From Endomicrobiales bacterium (GTDB lineage Bacteria > Elusimicrobiota > Endomicrobiia > Endomicrobiales > CAWCFT01), in assembly GCA_963794945.1 (NCBI GenBank), contig CAWCFT010000001.1:352001-416000 (forward strand): a DNA stretch of 64,000 nt, read 5' to 3'. The notes beneath the pieces are model-generated. The model saw nothing but the letters and a program-made list of their open reading frames with translations, was not told where the DNA came from and did not search any database. Made by a program: the position numbers and the translations under genes. This document shows positions 22,312 to 31,987 of this stretch, one piece after another; position 1 is the first letter of the stretch, and each line of letters starts with the position of its first letter.

Positions 22312-23075
22312 AAAGGCTGAAATTGCCACTGAAGTTGAAATCGGCCCATACGCAATAATAAATGACGGCGCTAAAATAGCCAAAGGTTCCAAGATCGGAG
22401 CGTATACGATAGTCGAGGATGCCGAGATCGGAGAAAATTGCACGATATTTAGCCACTGTTCCATTGGCCTTGCGCCGCAAGATCTCAAATATAACAACGA
22501 ACCAACGAAACTTATAATGGGTTCTAACAATACCGTGCGTGAATTCGCCACGCTTAACAGAGGCACTGCCGCCTCTGGCAAGACGGTTATAGGCTCTAAT
22601 AACCTTTTCATGGCGTACGCACACGTTGCGCACGACTGCATAGTCGGCAACGGTATAGTGATAGCTAATTCAGTCGGACTAGCAGGGCACGCTGAGGTAG
22701 GGGACTACGCGGTAATAGGCGGCTGACGCAGCCGTGCACCAGTACAACCGCGTAGGTAAGATGGCCATGATAGGCGGAGGTTCTATGGTCACCCTTGATG
22801 TTATGCCTTTTGCCCAGGCACAGGGCGACAGGGCCAGGCTGGTTGGGCTTAACCTGGTCGGCCTTAAAAGAAGGAACATCCCGAAAGAATCCATAGAAGA
22901 GATAAGGCTCGCATATAGAACGCTATTTTTATCCGGCCTGCCGATGGAAGATGCCCTGGACCAGCTCGAAGCGTCATCGCCAGGACAGGAAGTCCGCGAG
23001 ATTATTGAGTTTATCCACTCGTCAAAGAGGGGCATAGCCCGCTCCGGCAGAAAAGATGAACAGGAAGAGATATAA
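22283..23075 (+). CDS. lpxA: acyl-ACP--UDP-N-acetylglucosamine acyltransferase, apparent indel(s) at ~22725
   Basis: [43 protein letters not shown]. Confidence 0.93.
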
Positions 23076-23078
23076 CTG

Positions 23079-23891
23079 ATGGCCAACAAGATCGGTTTGA
23101 TAGCCGGCAACGGACGCTTTCCTTTTCTTGTCGCTGACGAGATAAAGAAAAACGGCGAGGAAACCATAGTAATCGGCCTTAACGAAGAGACCGATCGTGA
23201 GATTGAGGCCCACGCTGGAAAAATATTCTGGTTGCCGCTCGGCCAGTTCCAGAAGATCATCGATATTTTCAGATCGGAGAACGTTACTACGGCCATCATG
23301 GCAGGGCAGGTAAAACACTCACAGCTTTTTGCGAACCTGAAACTTGACTGGCGCGCGATAAAACTGCTTGGCAGGATAGTAAATAAAAAGACCGACACGA
23401 TCCTCGGCGCTGTTTGCGACGAATTCCAGAAAGAAGGCATTAAGCTTCTGCCGTCTCACATGTACCTAAAACACCTTATGCCAAAACCCGGCCTATTATG
23501 CGGCACTAAACTGTCGGGTAAGGAAAAGGATGACGTAGAGTTCGGTTACAGGCTGGCAAAGCAGATAGCAGGCCTTGATATAGGGCAAACTATAGTCGTA
23601 AAAGATAAGGCCGTAGTAGCAGTAGAGTCTATTGAAGGCACTGACGAGTGCATAAAAAGAGCCTCCAAGTACGCGGGAGAAGGCGTTGTCGTAGTAAAGG
23701 TGTCAAAACCAAACCAGGATTTCCGCTTCGATATACCCGTGATAGGGACGAGAACGGTCAAGGTTCTTAGTGACAACAAAGTAAGAGTTATGGCGATAGA
23801 AGCGGAAAGCACGCTCATGATAGATAAAGAGAACCTGCTTCGTGAAGCAAACGAGCACAACGTAACGATACTCGCCATGAAGCAGTCCTGA
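23079..23891 (+). CDS. lpxI: UDP-2,3-diacylglucosamine pyrophosphatase LpxI
   Basis: IGLIAGNGRFP, LDIGQTIVV, VESIEGTD, KPNQDFRFDIPVIG. Confidence 0.9.
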   Translation: MANKIGLIAGNGRFPFLVADEIKKNGEETIVIGLNEETDREIEAHAGKIFWLPLGQFQKIIDIFRSENVTTAIMAGQVKHSQLFANLKLDWRAIKLLGRIVNKKTDTILGAVCDEFQKEGIKLLPSHMYLKHLMPKPGLLCGTKLSGKEKDDVEFGYRLAKQIAGLDIGQTIVVKDKAVVAVESIEGTDECIKRASKYAGEGVVVVKVSKPNQDFRFDIPVIGTRTVKVLSDNKVRVMAIEAESTLMIDKENLLREANEHNVTILAMKQS

Positions 23892-23941
23892 TATCATAAA
23901 CGCAGCATTAAAGACAGTTTTGTTATAAGGGAGCAATTTAA

Positions 23942-25042
23942 ATGATACCATTAGTCCATCCGATCTTCGGACAGAATGAAAAGAAAGTACTTGGCGAGAT
24001 CATCGATTCAATGATGCTCGCGAGCGGGAAATACGTAGAGAAATTCGAGAACATATCTGCCGGGCTTTTCGGCGCCAAACACGCTGTAGCCGTAGCCAAC
24101 GGCACCGCGGCGCTGCACGCTGCCCTGCTTGCGTGCGGAATTAAGCCCGGCGATAAGGTGCTTACCACACCCTTCAGCTTCATAGCCACGGCTAACGCGA
24201 TCTTGTATTGCGGCGCCAAACCTGTCTTTGCCGATATTGACCCTAAAACTTTCAATCTCTCTCCCGCAGAAACAGAAAAAGCCCTCAAACACGACAAGGG
24301 AATAAAAGCAGTTATAATCGTCCACCTTTACGGCCAGCCCTGCGACATGGAAGCTTTCATGAAGCTAAAAAAGAAATACAAGTTCATCCTGATCGAAGAC
24401 TGCGCGCAGGCCCACGGCGCAAGGTTCAAAAGCAAGGTTGTAGGAAGCTACGGCGACGCTTCCGCCTTCTCTTTCTACGCCACAAAGAACGTAACTACGG
24501 GCGAGGGCGGCCTGATACTTACGAGCAACCCGAAAATTGACGGGCTCGCGAGGCAGATTATCAATCACGGAAGGGACGGGCATTCCAACCACACAATCCT
24601 GGGATATAACTTCAGGCTGACCAACCTAGCCGCGGCTATAGGGATAGAGCAGCTCAAATCCCTGGACGATTGGAGCAGGACCCGCAGGGAGAACGCGGCT
24701 TATCTTTCATCACATTTGTCGGACATCAAATTCATCAAAACCCCGTACACACCTAAGGATACTACGCCAGTGTTCCACCAGTACACGATCAGGGTGCGTA
24801 AGGACCTTAGAGAGAACCTTATAGACCACCTGAAGGGCCGCGGGATAGGGTACGGTATCTATTACCCTTACACAATCTATCAGCAGCCGCTCTACCAGAA
24901 GATGGGGTTCAAGCAGGGGATATGCCCTGAAGCGGAAAAGGCTGCAAGCGAGGTTCTGTCGCTGCCGGTCCATCCGGCTTTAAAAAGGCCTGAGCTTGAT
25001 GCTGTCGTTAACGCAGTAAGGGAATTCTTTTCGAAAATATGA
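23942..25042 (+). CDS. DegT/DnrJ/EryC1/StrS sugar aminotransferase (GnnB-like)
   Basis: NGTAALH, VHLYGQ, IEDCAQAHGA, SFYATKN, GEGG, GYNFRL. Confidence 0.88.
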   Translation: MIPLVHPIFGQNEKKVLGEIIDSMMLASGKYVEKFENISAGLFGAKHAVAVANGTAALHAALLACGIKPGDKVLTTPFSFIATANAILYCGAKPVFADIDPKTFNLSPAETEKALKHDKGIKAVIIVHLYGQPCDMEAFMKLKKKYKFILIEDCAQAHGARFKSKVVGSYGDASAFSFYATKNVTTGEGGLILTSNPKIDGLARQIINHGRDGHSNHTILGYNFRLTNLAAAIGIEQLKSLDDWSRTRRENAAYLSSHLSDIKFIKTPYTPKDTTPVFHQYTIRVRKDLRENLIDHLKGRGIGYGIYYPYTIYQQPLYQKMGFKQGICPEAEKAASEVLSLPVHPALKRPELDAVVNAVREFFSKI

Positions 25043-25972
25043 GAAAGATAAGTACAGCTGTCATAGGCGTAGGCTCCCTGGGCCAGCACCACGCTAGAAT
25101 TCTGGCAACGCACGAGCGATCCTCGCTTAAAGCCGTTGTTGACTCAGAACTTAAAGCGCGTTGACAAAATAGCGTCTCTCTACAATACAAACCCGTTTGA
25201 AGACCACTCTAAGCTTCCGGGGCTTGTGGAAGCTGCAGTTATATCTGTGCCAACGCCTTTTCACCACGCGATCGCTAAAGACCTCCTTAACAGCGGCATT
25301 CACTGCCTCGTCGAAAAACCGTTCACTTCGACAGTCGAAGAAGCTCAGGAACTGATATCCATAGCCCGGGACAAAGATCTTGTCCTTCAGGTAGGCCATA
25401 TTGAGCGTTTTAACCCTGCTGTTGTAGCGGCAAGGCCTTTCATAAAAAACCCGAAATTCATTGAAGTAAACAGGCTTGGGCCGTATGACCCAAGGACCAG
25501 CCACATCGGCGTTGTGCTGGACCTTATGATCCATGACCTGGATATTCTGCTAGATCTCGTGCAGGACAAAGTGGTTGGGCTTGAATCTTTCGGTGCGAAG
25601 ATATTGTCCCAACACGAGGACATCGTAAAAGCGAGGCTTAAATTCTCTAAAGGCTGCGTAGCAGATGTTTCAGCCAGCAGGATATCGCTTGAAAGATACC
25701 GAAAAATAAGAATATTCCAGGATGACAGCTACATATCGGTAGACTACGCCGGCAAAAGCCTCAAGATATACAAAAAGAAAACAGAGACTGTAAAAAGCCT
25801 TACTGATATTGAGGTCATTAAACCAAAACTCAAGGACGCGGAACCTCTGTTCTTTGAGCTCAGCCATTTCCTTGCCTGTGTTGCGGAAGGGAAAAGGCCG
25901 CTTGTCACGGGTGAACACGGCAGGGACGCGCTGGAACTTGCTTTTGAAATATTGAAAAGCATGAAGCTGTAA
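25039..25972 (+). CDS. Gfo/Idh/MocA NAD-dependent oxidoreductase (GnnA-like), apparent indel at ~25150
   Basis: ATG at 25039, MRKISTAVIGVGSLGQHHAR, LVEKP, VGHIERFNPA, DLMIHDLD. Confidence 0.88.
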
Positions 25973-25980
25973 GCCTCATA

Positions 25981-26103
25981 TCAAATATCAAAAATTAAAT
26001 GTTAAAATTAAGGTGTCGCCTTTGGCGACATAATGAATTTGTTCGCCTATGCTTTAACGGCGAACTCCATAATTTTGATTTTTGATATTTGATTTTTGAA
26101 TTT
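25981..26103. repeat. heptamer-repeat-armed inverted repeat enclosing two GC hairpins
   Basis: Left arm TCAAATA TCAAAAA TTAAATG TTAAAATTA; right arm TAATTTTGA TTTTTGA TATTTGA TTTTTGA. Inner hairpins TGTCGCC-TTT-GGCGACA and GTTCGCC-N11-GGCGAAC. Confidence 0.8.
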
Positions 26104-26110
26104 CATTATT

Positions 26111-27189
26111 ATGAACATATTAATAAGCGCAGGCGACCCTTCAGGCGACATACACGCCGCAAATCTGGTAAAGGCTTTAAAGAAGGCTGACCGGAATGTG
26201 TCAATAACAGCGTTAGGCGGGCAGCAACTTAGCCATGTAAGTGATAAGTTCGTTTACAATTTGGTAAATCTCGGCGGTTTCGGTTTCTGGCAGCCGGTAA
26301 ACCTCTACTTTAAGCTTAAGAAAGTGTTGGTTGATATTGTAATAAGATTTTATTCCGAGCATAAACCTGACAAGGTCATAGTTGTAGATTATTACGGGTT
26401 TAATATACATGTGGCTAGAGAAGCTTTTAAACGGGGAATACCAGTATATTATTATATTAGCCCTCAGGTGTGGGCGTCAAGGCCTGGAAGGATCCGCAAA
26501 ATAGCAAAGTACGTTAAAAAGATGTTGGTCATACTTCCTTTTGAAGAAGAGTTATACAAGAAATCAGGTGTGGATACCGTATTCGTTGGGCATCCTTTGA
26601 TTGACGCTGTCATGGCGCCTCCGGAAATTGTAGAAACGGTAAACAACAAGATAACTATCGGCCTTTTCCCCGGCAGCAGGCCTAACGTATTCAAGCGCCA
26701 TATTGGCCTTTTAATGGAAACTGCTGAAAAAATTAAGGCTTCTATTGCCGCAGATTTTAAAATATTTTGCGTCCCGGAGCTTGCCAAAAACTGTTCAGGG
26801 CTGCCGTATCCCGTAGTAGTTGAGGACAGCTATTCCGAAAGGAAAGACATAACGCTTGCTATAACGACATCAGGCACTGTGAGCCTCGAGAACGCTTTAC
26901 TTGGCATACCGATGATAGTCTATTACAAGCTGTCAAAATTTAACTACTTTATAGCTAAAATGCTGGTTAAAATACCTTATATAACAATGGTAAACATACT
27001 GCTTAACAGGATGCTTGTCCCCGAGTTTATACAGGATGACGCAACTGGGGAAACGATATCGCAAAAAGCCTTGTCTTTGCTGAAAGACAGCGCTTCTCTT
27101 AAGTCATACAGAAATGAGCTTCTCGCTCTCCGGAAAGTACTTGGAGAAAATGGCGTCAGCGACCGCGCGCGGCTATAATTCTAAAATAA
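26111..27189 (+). CDS. lpxB: lipid-A-disaccharide synthase (apparent indel in the last codons)
   Basis: ISAGDPSGD, YYISPQVWASR, ILPFE, FVGHPL, LFPGSR, TSGTVSLE, VPEFIQ. Confidence 0.93.
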
Positions 27190-27194
27190 TTACT

Positions 27195-27263
27195 AATTGA
27201 AAATTAGAAGATTTAAGATTAACGCCTTTAATCTTCGAAATCTTAAATTTTAAATCTTGAATT
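27195..27263. repeat. second heptamer-repeat-armed inverted repeat
   Basis: ...AGAAGATTTAAGATTAA-CGCCT-TTAATCTTCGAAATCTTAAATTTTAAATCTTGAATT; units AAGATTT / AAATCTT. Confidence 0.65.
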
Positions 27264-27270
27264 AATCTTT

Positions 27271-28986
27271 ATGATCTACAAAAGACTGCTCAGTTACCTC
27301 AAACCCCATATGAAGCGCTTTTACGTTGCCATGGCCTGCATGGCGGTGTTCTCGGCTCTTACGGGCGCCACGATGTGGATAGTCAAGAATATTTTCGACA
27401 AGATATTCATAGCCCGCGACGTACACATGCTTTACATCATTACCTGCCTTATCCCTTTTTTCTTTATGATAAAAGGTCTCGCAGGATACGGGCAGAATTA
27501 CCTGCTTTCTTACATCGCCCAGCAGGTAGTGCTTAAGCTCCGCAACGAACTCTACGAAAAACTCATATCGCTTTCCCACGATTTTTACGCTAAAAACTCT
27601 ACGGCCCGCCTTATGGCGCGGGTCACCAACGACGTAAGCGCGCTTCAAAACGCGCTATTCCGGGTTCCGCCTAGCATTATACGGGACGGCCTCACCGTGA
27701 TAGTCATGGTGGTGATACTTTTTTACCTGCACTGGAAATTCGCCCTGATATCCCTGATAATATTCCCGATAGCGGCAGTACCGCTCGCGCAGTTCTCTAA
27801 CAAAATGAGGCAGGCATCTCGCGAGGGGCAGAAACAGATGGGCGAGATATATGCTTCTCTGCAGGAAACACTTTCCGGCATAAGCATCATCAAAGCTTAC
27901 ATGCAGGAAAAATCGGAGATCAAACGATTTGAGGCCGAGAACGATAAATTCTATTTTACCCAGCAGAAGTTCATACGTGTAGACGCGCGATCGAGCCCCA
28001 TAATGGAGTTCATCGGTTCTCTCGCGGTGGCTTTCGTTCTATGGTACGGCGGAAAGGACGTCATCAACGGGGTTTGGACGTCAGGCTCATTCGTGACCTT
28101 CCTTACGGCCGCGTTCTCGCTTTACCAGCCCCTTAAGAACTTCTCACAGACTAACTCGCTTATACAGCTCGCATATGCGGGTACCGAGAGGATATTCGAG
28201 ATACTGGACGAGAAGCCAACCATAACTGACCGCGAGTCTCCCAGAGAGCTCGCGAGCTTTAACTCCAGTATAGAGTTCCGTAACATATCGTTCCACTATC
28301 CTGAGAAAAAGAACATTCTTGCGAATATCAATCTGTCTATAAAGAAGGGTGAAATAATAGCAGTTGTCGGCCCTTCGGGCTCAGGAAAGACAACCCTTTC
28401 TAACTTACTGTTAAGGTTCTACGACCCGCAGGACGGCGGGGTATTCATTGACGGCACAGATATAAGGGAATATTCGCTTACCAGCATGCGTTCGCACATA
28501 GGCATAGTCCCGCAGGAAACAGTGCTCTTCAACGAGACTATCCGCTTCAATATCCTTTACGGCAGGAAAGACGCGTCCGAAGAAGAGCTGATAGCTGCCG
28601 CCAAAGCCGCGAACGCTTACCAGTTCATAAGCAGAATGCCGAAAGGGTTCGACACGATCATAGGCGAGCGCGGAGTCAGGATATCCGGCGGCGAACGCCA
28701 GCGGCTCGCTATCGCCCGCGCGATACTCAAGAACCCGCCCATACTTATGCTGGATGAGGCGACATCTTCTCTTGACGCGGAATCCGAGAAACTTGTTCAG
28801 GAAGCCATAGAGAACCTTATGGTCAACCGCACGGTGGTCATGATAGCCCACAGGCTCGCAACGGTCAAAAAGGCGGACAGGATAATAGTGCTGGACAAAG
28901 GTGTTATTGTGGAACAGGGAACGCATGAAAAGCTCTTGTCGGAAGAAGGCATATACAGCAGGCTGCATAATCTCCAACTCTTGTAA
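27271..28986 (+). CDS. msbA: lipid A export ABC transporter permease/ATP-binding protein
   Basis: 6-TM domain plus GPSGSGKT, ISGGERQRLAIARA, LDEATSSLD; follows lpxB. Confidence 0.88.
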   Translation: MIYKRLLSYLKPHMKRFYVAMACMAVFSALTGATMWIVKNIFDKIFIARDVHMLYIITCLIPFFFMIKGLAGYGQNYLLSYIAQQVVLKLRNELYEKLISLSHDFYAKNSTARLMARVTNDVSALQNALFRVPPSIIRDGLTVIVMVVILFYLHWKFALISLIIFPIAAVPLAQFSNKMRQASREGQKQMGEIYASLQETLSGISIIKAYMQEKSEIKRFEAENDKFYFTQQKFIRVDARSSPIMEFIGSLAVAFVLWYGGKDVINGVWTSGSFVTFLTAAFSLYQPLKNFSQTNSLIQLAYAGTERIFEILDEKPTITDRESPRELASFNSSIEFRNISFHYPEKKNILANINLSIKKGEIIAVVGPSGSGKTTLSNLLLRFYDPQDGGVFIDGTDIREYSLTSMRSHIGIVPQETVLFNETIRFNILYGRKDASEEELIAAAKAANAYQFISRMPKGFDTIIGERGVRISGGERQRLAIARAILKNPPILMLDEATSSLDAESEKLVQEAIENLMVNRTVVMIAHRLATVKKADRIIVLDKGVIVEQGTHEKLLSEEGIYSRLHNLQLL

Positions 28987-28998
28987 GGAAAGGCCTAA

Positions 28999-29988
28999 AT
29001 GAAATCAATATTTCTATCAGCGGCAATTTTAATTTTGCTTATGCTTAACGGCAGGCTGTACGCGGCCGACCCGGCGCCTACGCGCTACAACGCTTATGAC
29101 GGTTTTTCGCCTGGAGCGCGCGCTATCGGCATGGGCGGCGCGTTCTGCGCGTTAAGTGACGATGCTTCGGCAATTTATTACAATCCGGCAGGGCTGGCGG
29201 AAATATCCGGCAGTTCAGTTTTCGTTACCTATGAGCCCGCTAGACAGAGCGACCTTACACCTGACCAGATATTTTCTCAGGAGCCTTTAAATAACGGCGG
29301 TATCGAGCAGGTGGCATTTGTTACTTCAAAAGGCGCTGTTCAGTGGAGGCCTCTATCAAATTCAACGGTGCTGGTACAGAACGGAAATGACTGGGAGAGC
29401 GACCAGGTAAAGATAAACGCTTACACAGTATCCGCGGCTGACAAGGAAAACTCCGGAATTACCACCGGCATCAATTTAAGCTATTTAAGCGGCCTTATCG
29501 CGCAGTCAAAACTTACCGCCGGCGTCCCGTTCACGGGGCTCTCTAGCGGTTACGGTTTTTCTATGGACCTGGGGTTTCTTTATAGCGTTTCGAAACAGGT
29601 CAATATCGGGCTTAATTTAAGGAATCTCGCCGGATACATGTGGTGGGAGAACTTCGAAAAGGACCAATTGCCGTTCACTGCCGCTGCTGGGTTCGACTTT
29701 CATATACAGAACTCCACCCATTTTTCCATGGAATGGGAGAACAGGTATTACAGGCAGGTTTCCGAGCAGGACTTTACGCGTATAGGGCTTGAGCAAATGC
29801 TTGGCTCTATTGTGGCGCTTCGCGCCGGCATATCCGGCACGGATCTCAACGACAAACAAAACACTACTTTTTCAGCCGGGCTGGGTTTTACTACAAGCGG
29901 CATAGGCGTGTCGATTACGGCTGAAGATTACAAACTGAACCTTGAGGATGTCTACCGTTACATCATAAGCGCCAACTTCGCTATCTAA
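28999..29988 (+). CDS. PorV/PorQ/FadL-like outer membrane beta-barrel protein
   Basis: Signal peptide, GARAIGMGGAF...DDASAIYYNPAGL, amphipathic strands, ALRAG. Confidence 0.75.
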   Translation: MKSIFLSAAILILLMLNGRLYAADPAPTRYNAYDGFSPGARAIGMGGAFCALSDDASAIYYNPAGLAEISGSSVFVTYEPARQSDLTPDQIFSQEPLNNGGIEQVAFVTSKGAVQWRPLSNSTVLVQNGNDWESDQVKINAYTVSAADKENSGITTGINLSYLSGLIAQSKLTAGVPFTGLSSGYGFSMDLGFLYSVSKQVNIGLNLRNLAGYMWWENFEKDQLPFTAAAGFDFHIQNSTHFSMEWENRYYRQVSEQDFTRIGLEQMLGSIVALRAGISGTDLNDKQNTTFSAGLGFTTSGIGVSITAEDYKLNLEDVYRYIISANFAI

Positions 29989-30030
29989 TGACATAGTTCT
30001 CCAAATTGATATTGTTGAAAAAGTGTTTTA

Positions 30031-31539
30031 ATGTTGTCTTTGCGGGGATTTCCGATCTCGCGGGACGACGCGTATGAGCTAATGATAGAAATCTCTGAAC
30101 AGATAAAGGCATATCTTCCGGATGGGAATTTTGAGCTTCTTGAAAAAGCTTATGAGTTCTCAAAAAATGCCCACGCCGGCCAAAAGCGCGTTTCGGGCGA
30201 GGAATATTTCACGCACTGCGTCGCGGTCGCTTCGATCCTTACCGAACTCAAACTTGACATTGAGACCATCTCCGCGGCGCTCCTCCACGACGTCCTTGAA
30301 GACACTACCGTCAAAAGCAGCGAGCTACTTAACGCTTTCGGGCCAGAAATAACCGCCCTTGTCGAAGGAGTGACTAAGATCAGCTCCTACCATTTTGATA
30401 ACCAGGAAGTGGCTCAGGCTGAGAACTGGCGAAAGATGCTGCTTGCCGTGACCAGAGACATACGCGTAATACTGATAAAATTCGCTGACCGGCTTCACAA
30501 CCTGCGCACCATAAAATACCTGCCAAAAGAAAAACAGGAAAAGATCGCCAACGAATCCCTTTATCTCTACGCACCTTTCGCACAGAGGCTTGGGATATAC
30601 AGGTGGAAAAGCGAGTTTGAGGACCTTTCATTTGAGGTCTTAAATTCAACCGAACACGCCGTTCTGCTGGCAAAATGGACCGACCTCCAGAACAAGAGCA
30701 ACAAGACCGTAGACAACTGGAAGTCCAGCCTCCTCGACAAGCTGGCCCCGTATAATATACCGATGAGGATATCGGCCCGCCCGAAAAGCCTTTACGGCGT
30801 TTATAAAAAAATGGAAAGGCAGCACAAGGATTTTTCGGAGATACAGGACCTTCTGGGCTTGAGGCTCATCACGGACAACGTTGAAGATTGTTACGCTCTC
30901 CTGGGCCTCGTGCACACGCTTTTTAAACCGGTGCCGGATTCTTTTACCGATTACATCAGCCTTCCAAAGATAAATATGTACCAGTCGCTGCACACCTCCA
31001 TTTACGACGATAAAGGAAACATCGCGGAGATACAGATAAGGACCGAGGAGATGCACAAGCGTTCGGAGTACGGCATTGCTGCCCACTGGCGCTACAAGGA
31101 AGGTTCAAAAAAAGCGGGTTCCGAAGAGATAGAGGGCAAACTTGACTGGCTAAAAGAAGTGCTGGAGTGGCAGAGCGACGTAAAGGACCCGAAAGAGTTC
31201 CTTAACGCACTTAAAAGCGAGTGCAGGTTCGAGCAGGTCTTTGTTTTTACTCCGAAAGGAAAGGTTATAAAGCTGGCCGGCGGCGCGACACCGGTGGATT
31301 TCGCTTACGCCGTGCATTCCGACATCGGGAACCACATCTACGGCGCGAAGATCGGCGGAAAGCTTGTACCGCTTACTTATCAGCTAAAAAGCGGGCAAGT
31401 GTGCGATATACTAACAAGGAAGAGTTCCAAGCCGACTAAGGATTGGCTCGATTTCGCCATAACTGCGCGGGCGCGGTCAAAGATAAGGAAACACTTAAGG
31501 GCAGAAGATGAAAAAAAGGGACAGAAGTTAATTCCTTAA
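30031..31539 (+). CDS. RelA/SpoT homologue (HD hydrolase + synthetase + TGS), lacking the C-terminal regulatory domains; start codon uncertain
   Basis: AHAGQKR, LLHDVLEDT, ADRLHN, RPKS, YQSLHT, EIQIRT, GIAAHW, FTPKG, TPVDFAY, RSKIR. Confidence 0.9.
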   Translation: MLSLRGFPISRDDAYELMIEISEQIKAYLPDGNFELLEKAYEFSKNAHAGQKRVSGEEYFTHCVAVASILTELKLDIETISAALLHDVLEDTTVKSSELLNAFGPEITALVEGVTKISSYHFDNQEVAQAENWRKMLLAVTRDIRVILIKFADRLHNLRTIKYLPKEKQEKIANESLYLYAPFAQRLGIYRWKSEFEDLSFEVLNSTEHAVLLAKWTDLQNKSNKTVDNWKSSLLDKLAPYNIPMRISARPKSLYGVYKKMERQHKDFSEIQDLLGLRLITDNVEDCYALLGLVHTLFKPVPDSFTDYISLPKINMYQSLHTSIYDDKGNIAEIQIRTEEMHKRSEYGIAAHWRYKEGSKKAGSEEIEGKLDWLKEVLEWQSDVKDPKEFLNALKSECRFEQVFVFTPKGKVIKLAGGATPVDFAYAVHSDIGNHIYGAKIGGKLVPLTYQLKSGQVCDILTRKSSKPTKDWLDFAITARARSKIRKHLRAEDEKKGQKLIP

Positions 31540-31553
31540 CACCTGTCCCTTTT
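31514..31553. terminator. probable bidirectional terminator between convergent RSH gene and rpmB
   Basis: AAAAGGGACAG...CTGTCCCTTTT with an inner GTTAA/TTAAC stem. Confidence 0.7.
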
Positions 31554-31568
31554 CACTTTATAAAATAT

Positions 31569-31760
31569 TTAGGCGGGTTTTACTACTTTTCCCGAGCGGA
31601 TACAATCTGTGCAAACTAATTTCTTGCAGGTTTTTCCGTTAAGAACCATTTTCTGGAGTCTCAGGTTCGGCTTGAACGTACGGATAGTTTTCCTGTGAGA
31701 GTGGCTGATCGTCTTTCCTTTTACCGGTTTTTTGCCGCAAATTACGCACTTAAATGACAT
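31569..31760 (-). CDS. rpmB: 50S ribosomal protein L28 (four-Cys form)
   Basis: CVICGKKP..G..ISHSHRKT.R.FKPNL...VCTDCIRSGKV; GGAGG SD upstream on the minus strand. Confidence 0.95.
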   Translation of the reverse strand: MSFKCVICGKKPVKGKTISHSHRKTIRTFKPNLRLQKMVLNGKTCKKLVCTDCIRSGKVVKPA

Positions 31761-31796
31761 ATTAATGGCCTCCGAACTGTGTTGTATTGAAGTGAA

Positions 31797-31825
31797 AATA
31801 TACCATATTTCAGATAAAAAAGCAA
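31797..31825 (-). promoter_or_regulatory. putative sigma70 promoter of rpmB
   Basis: Minus strand: TTGCTT, 17 nt ending in TGG (extended -10), TATATT. Confidence 0.55.
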
Positions 31826-31855
31826 ATTGACAGCGTTGAAAGGCTCTTTCAACGC

Positions 31856-31944
31856 TGTCATCCCGATCCGCCGGAGGCGGAGAGGGATCTGATGTCCGAC
31901 GAAAGACAAGATTTCTCTCCCGCTTTGGCGGGATCGAAGTGACA
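31856..31944 (+). repeat. REP-like palindromic element, copy 1
   Basis: TGTCATCCCGATCCGCCGGAGGCGGAGAGGGATCT-spacer-AGATTTCTCTCCCGCTTTGGCGGGATCGAAGTGACA. It is preceded by a perfect 15-bp-stem hairpin at 31828-31860. Confidence 0.85.
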
Positions 31945-31987
31945 AAATGGCTGGTCGCTAAACAAAATATTTCAAAAACAGGACCTC

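Noticed and set aside
22679..23440. Long antisense ORFs (this one, 13491-14159, 28411-28977 and others)
   Set aside because: They shadow well-supported + strand genes and show no recognisable protein motifs.
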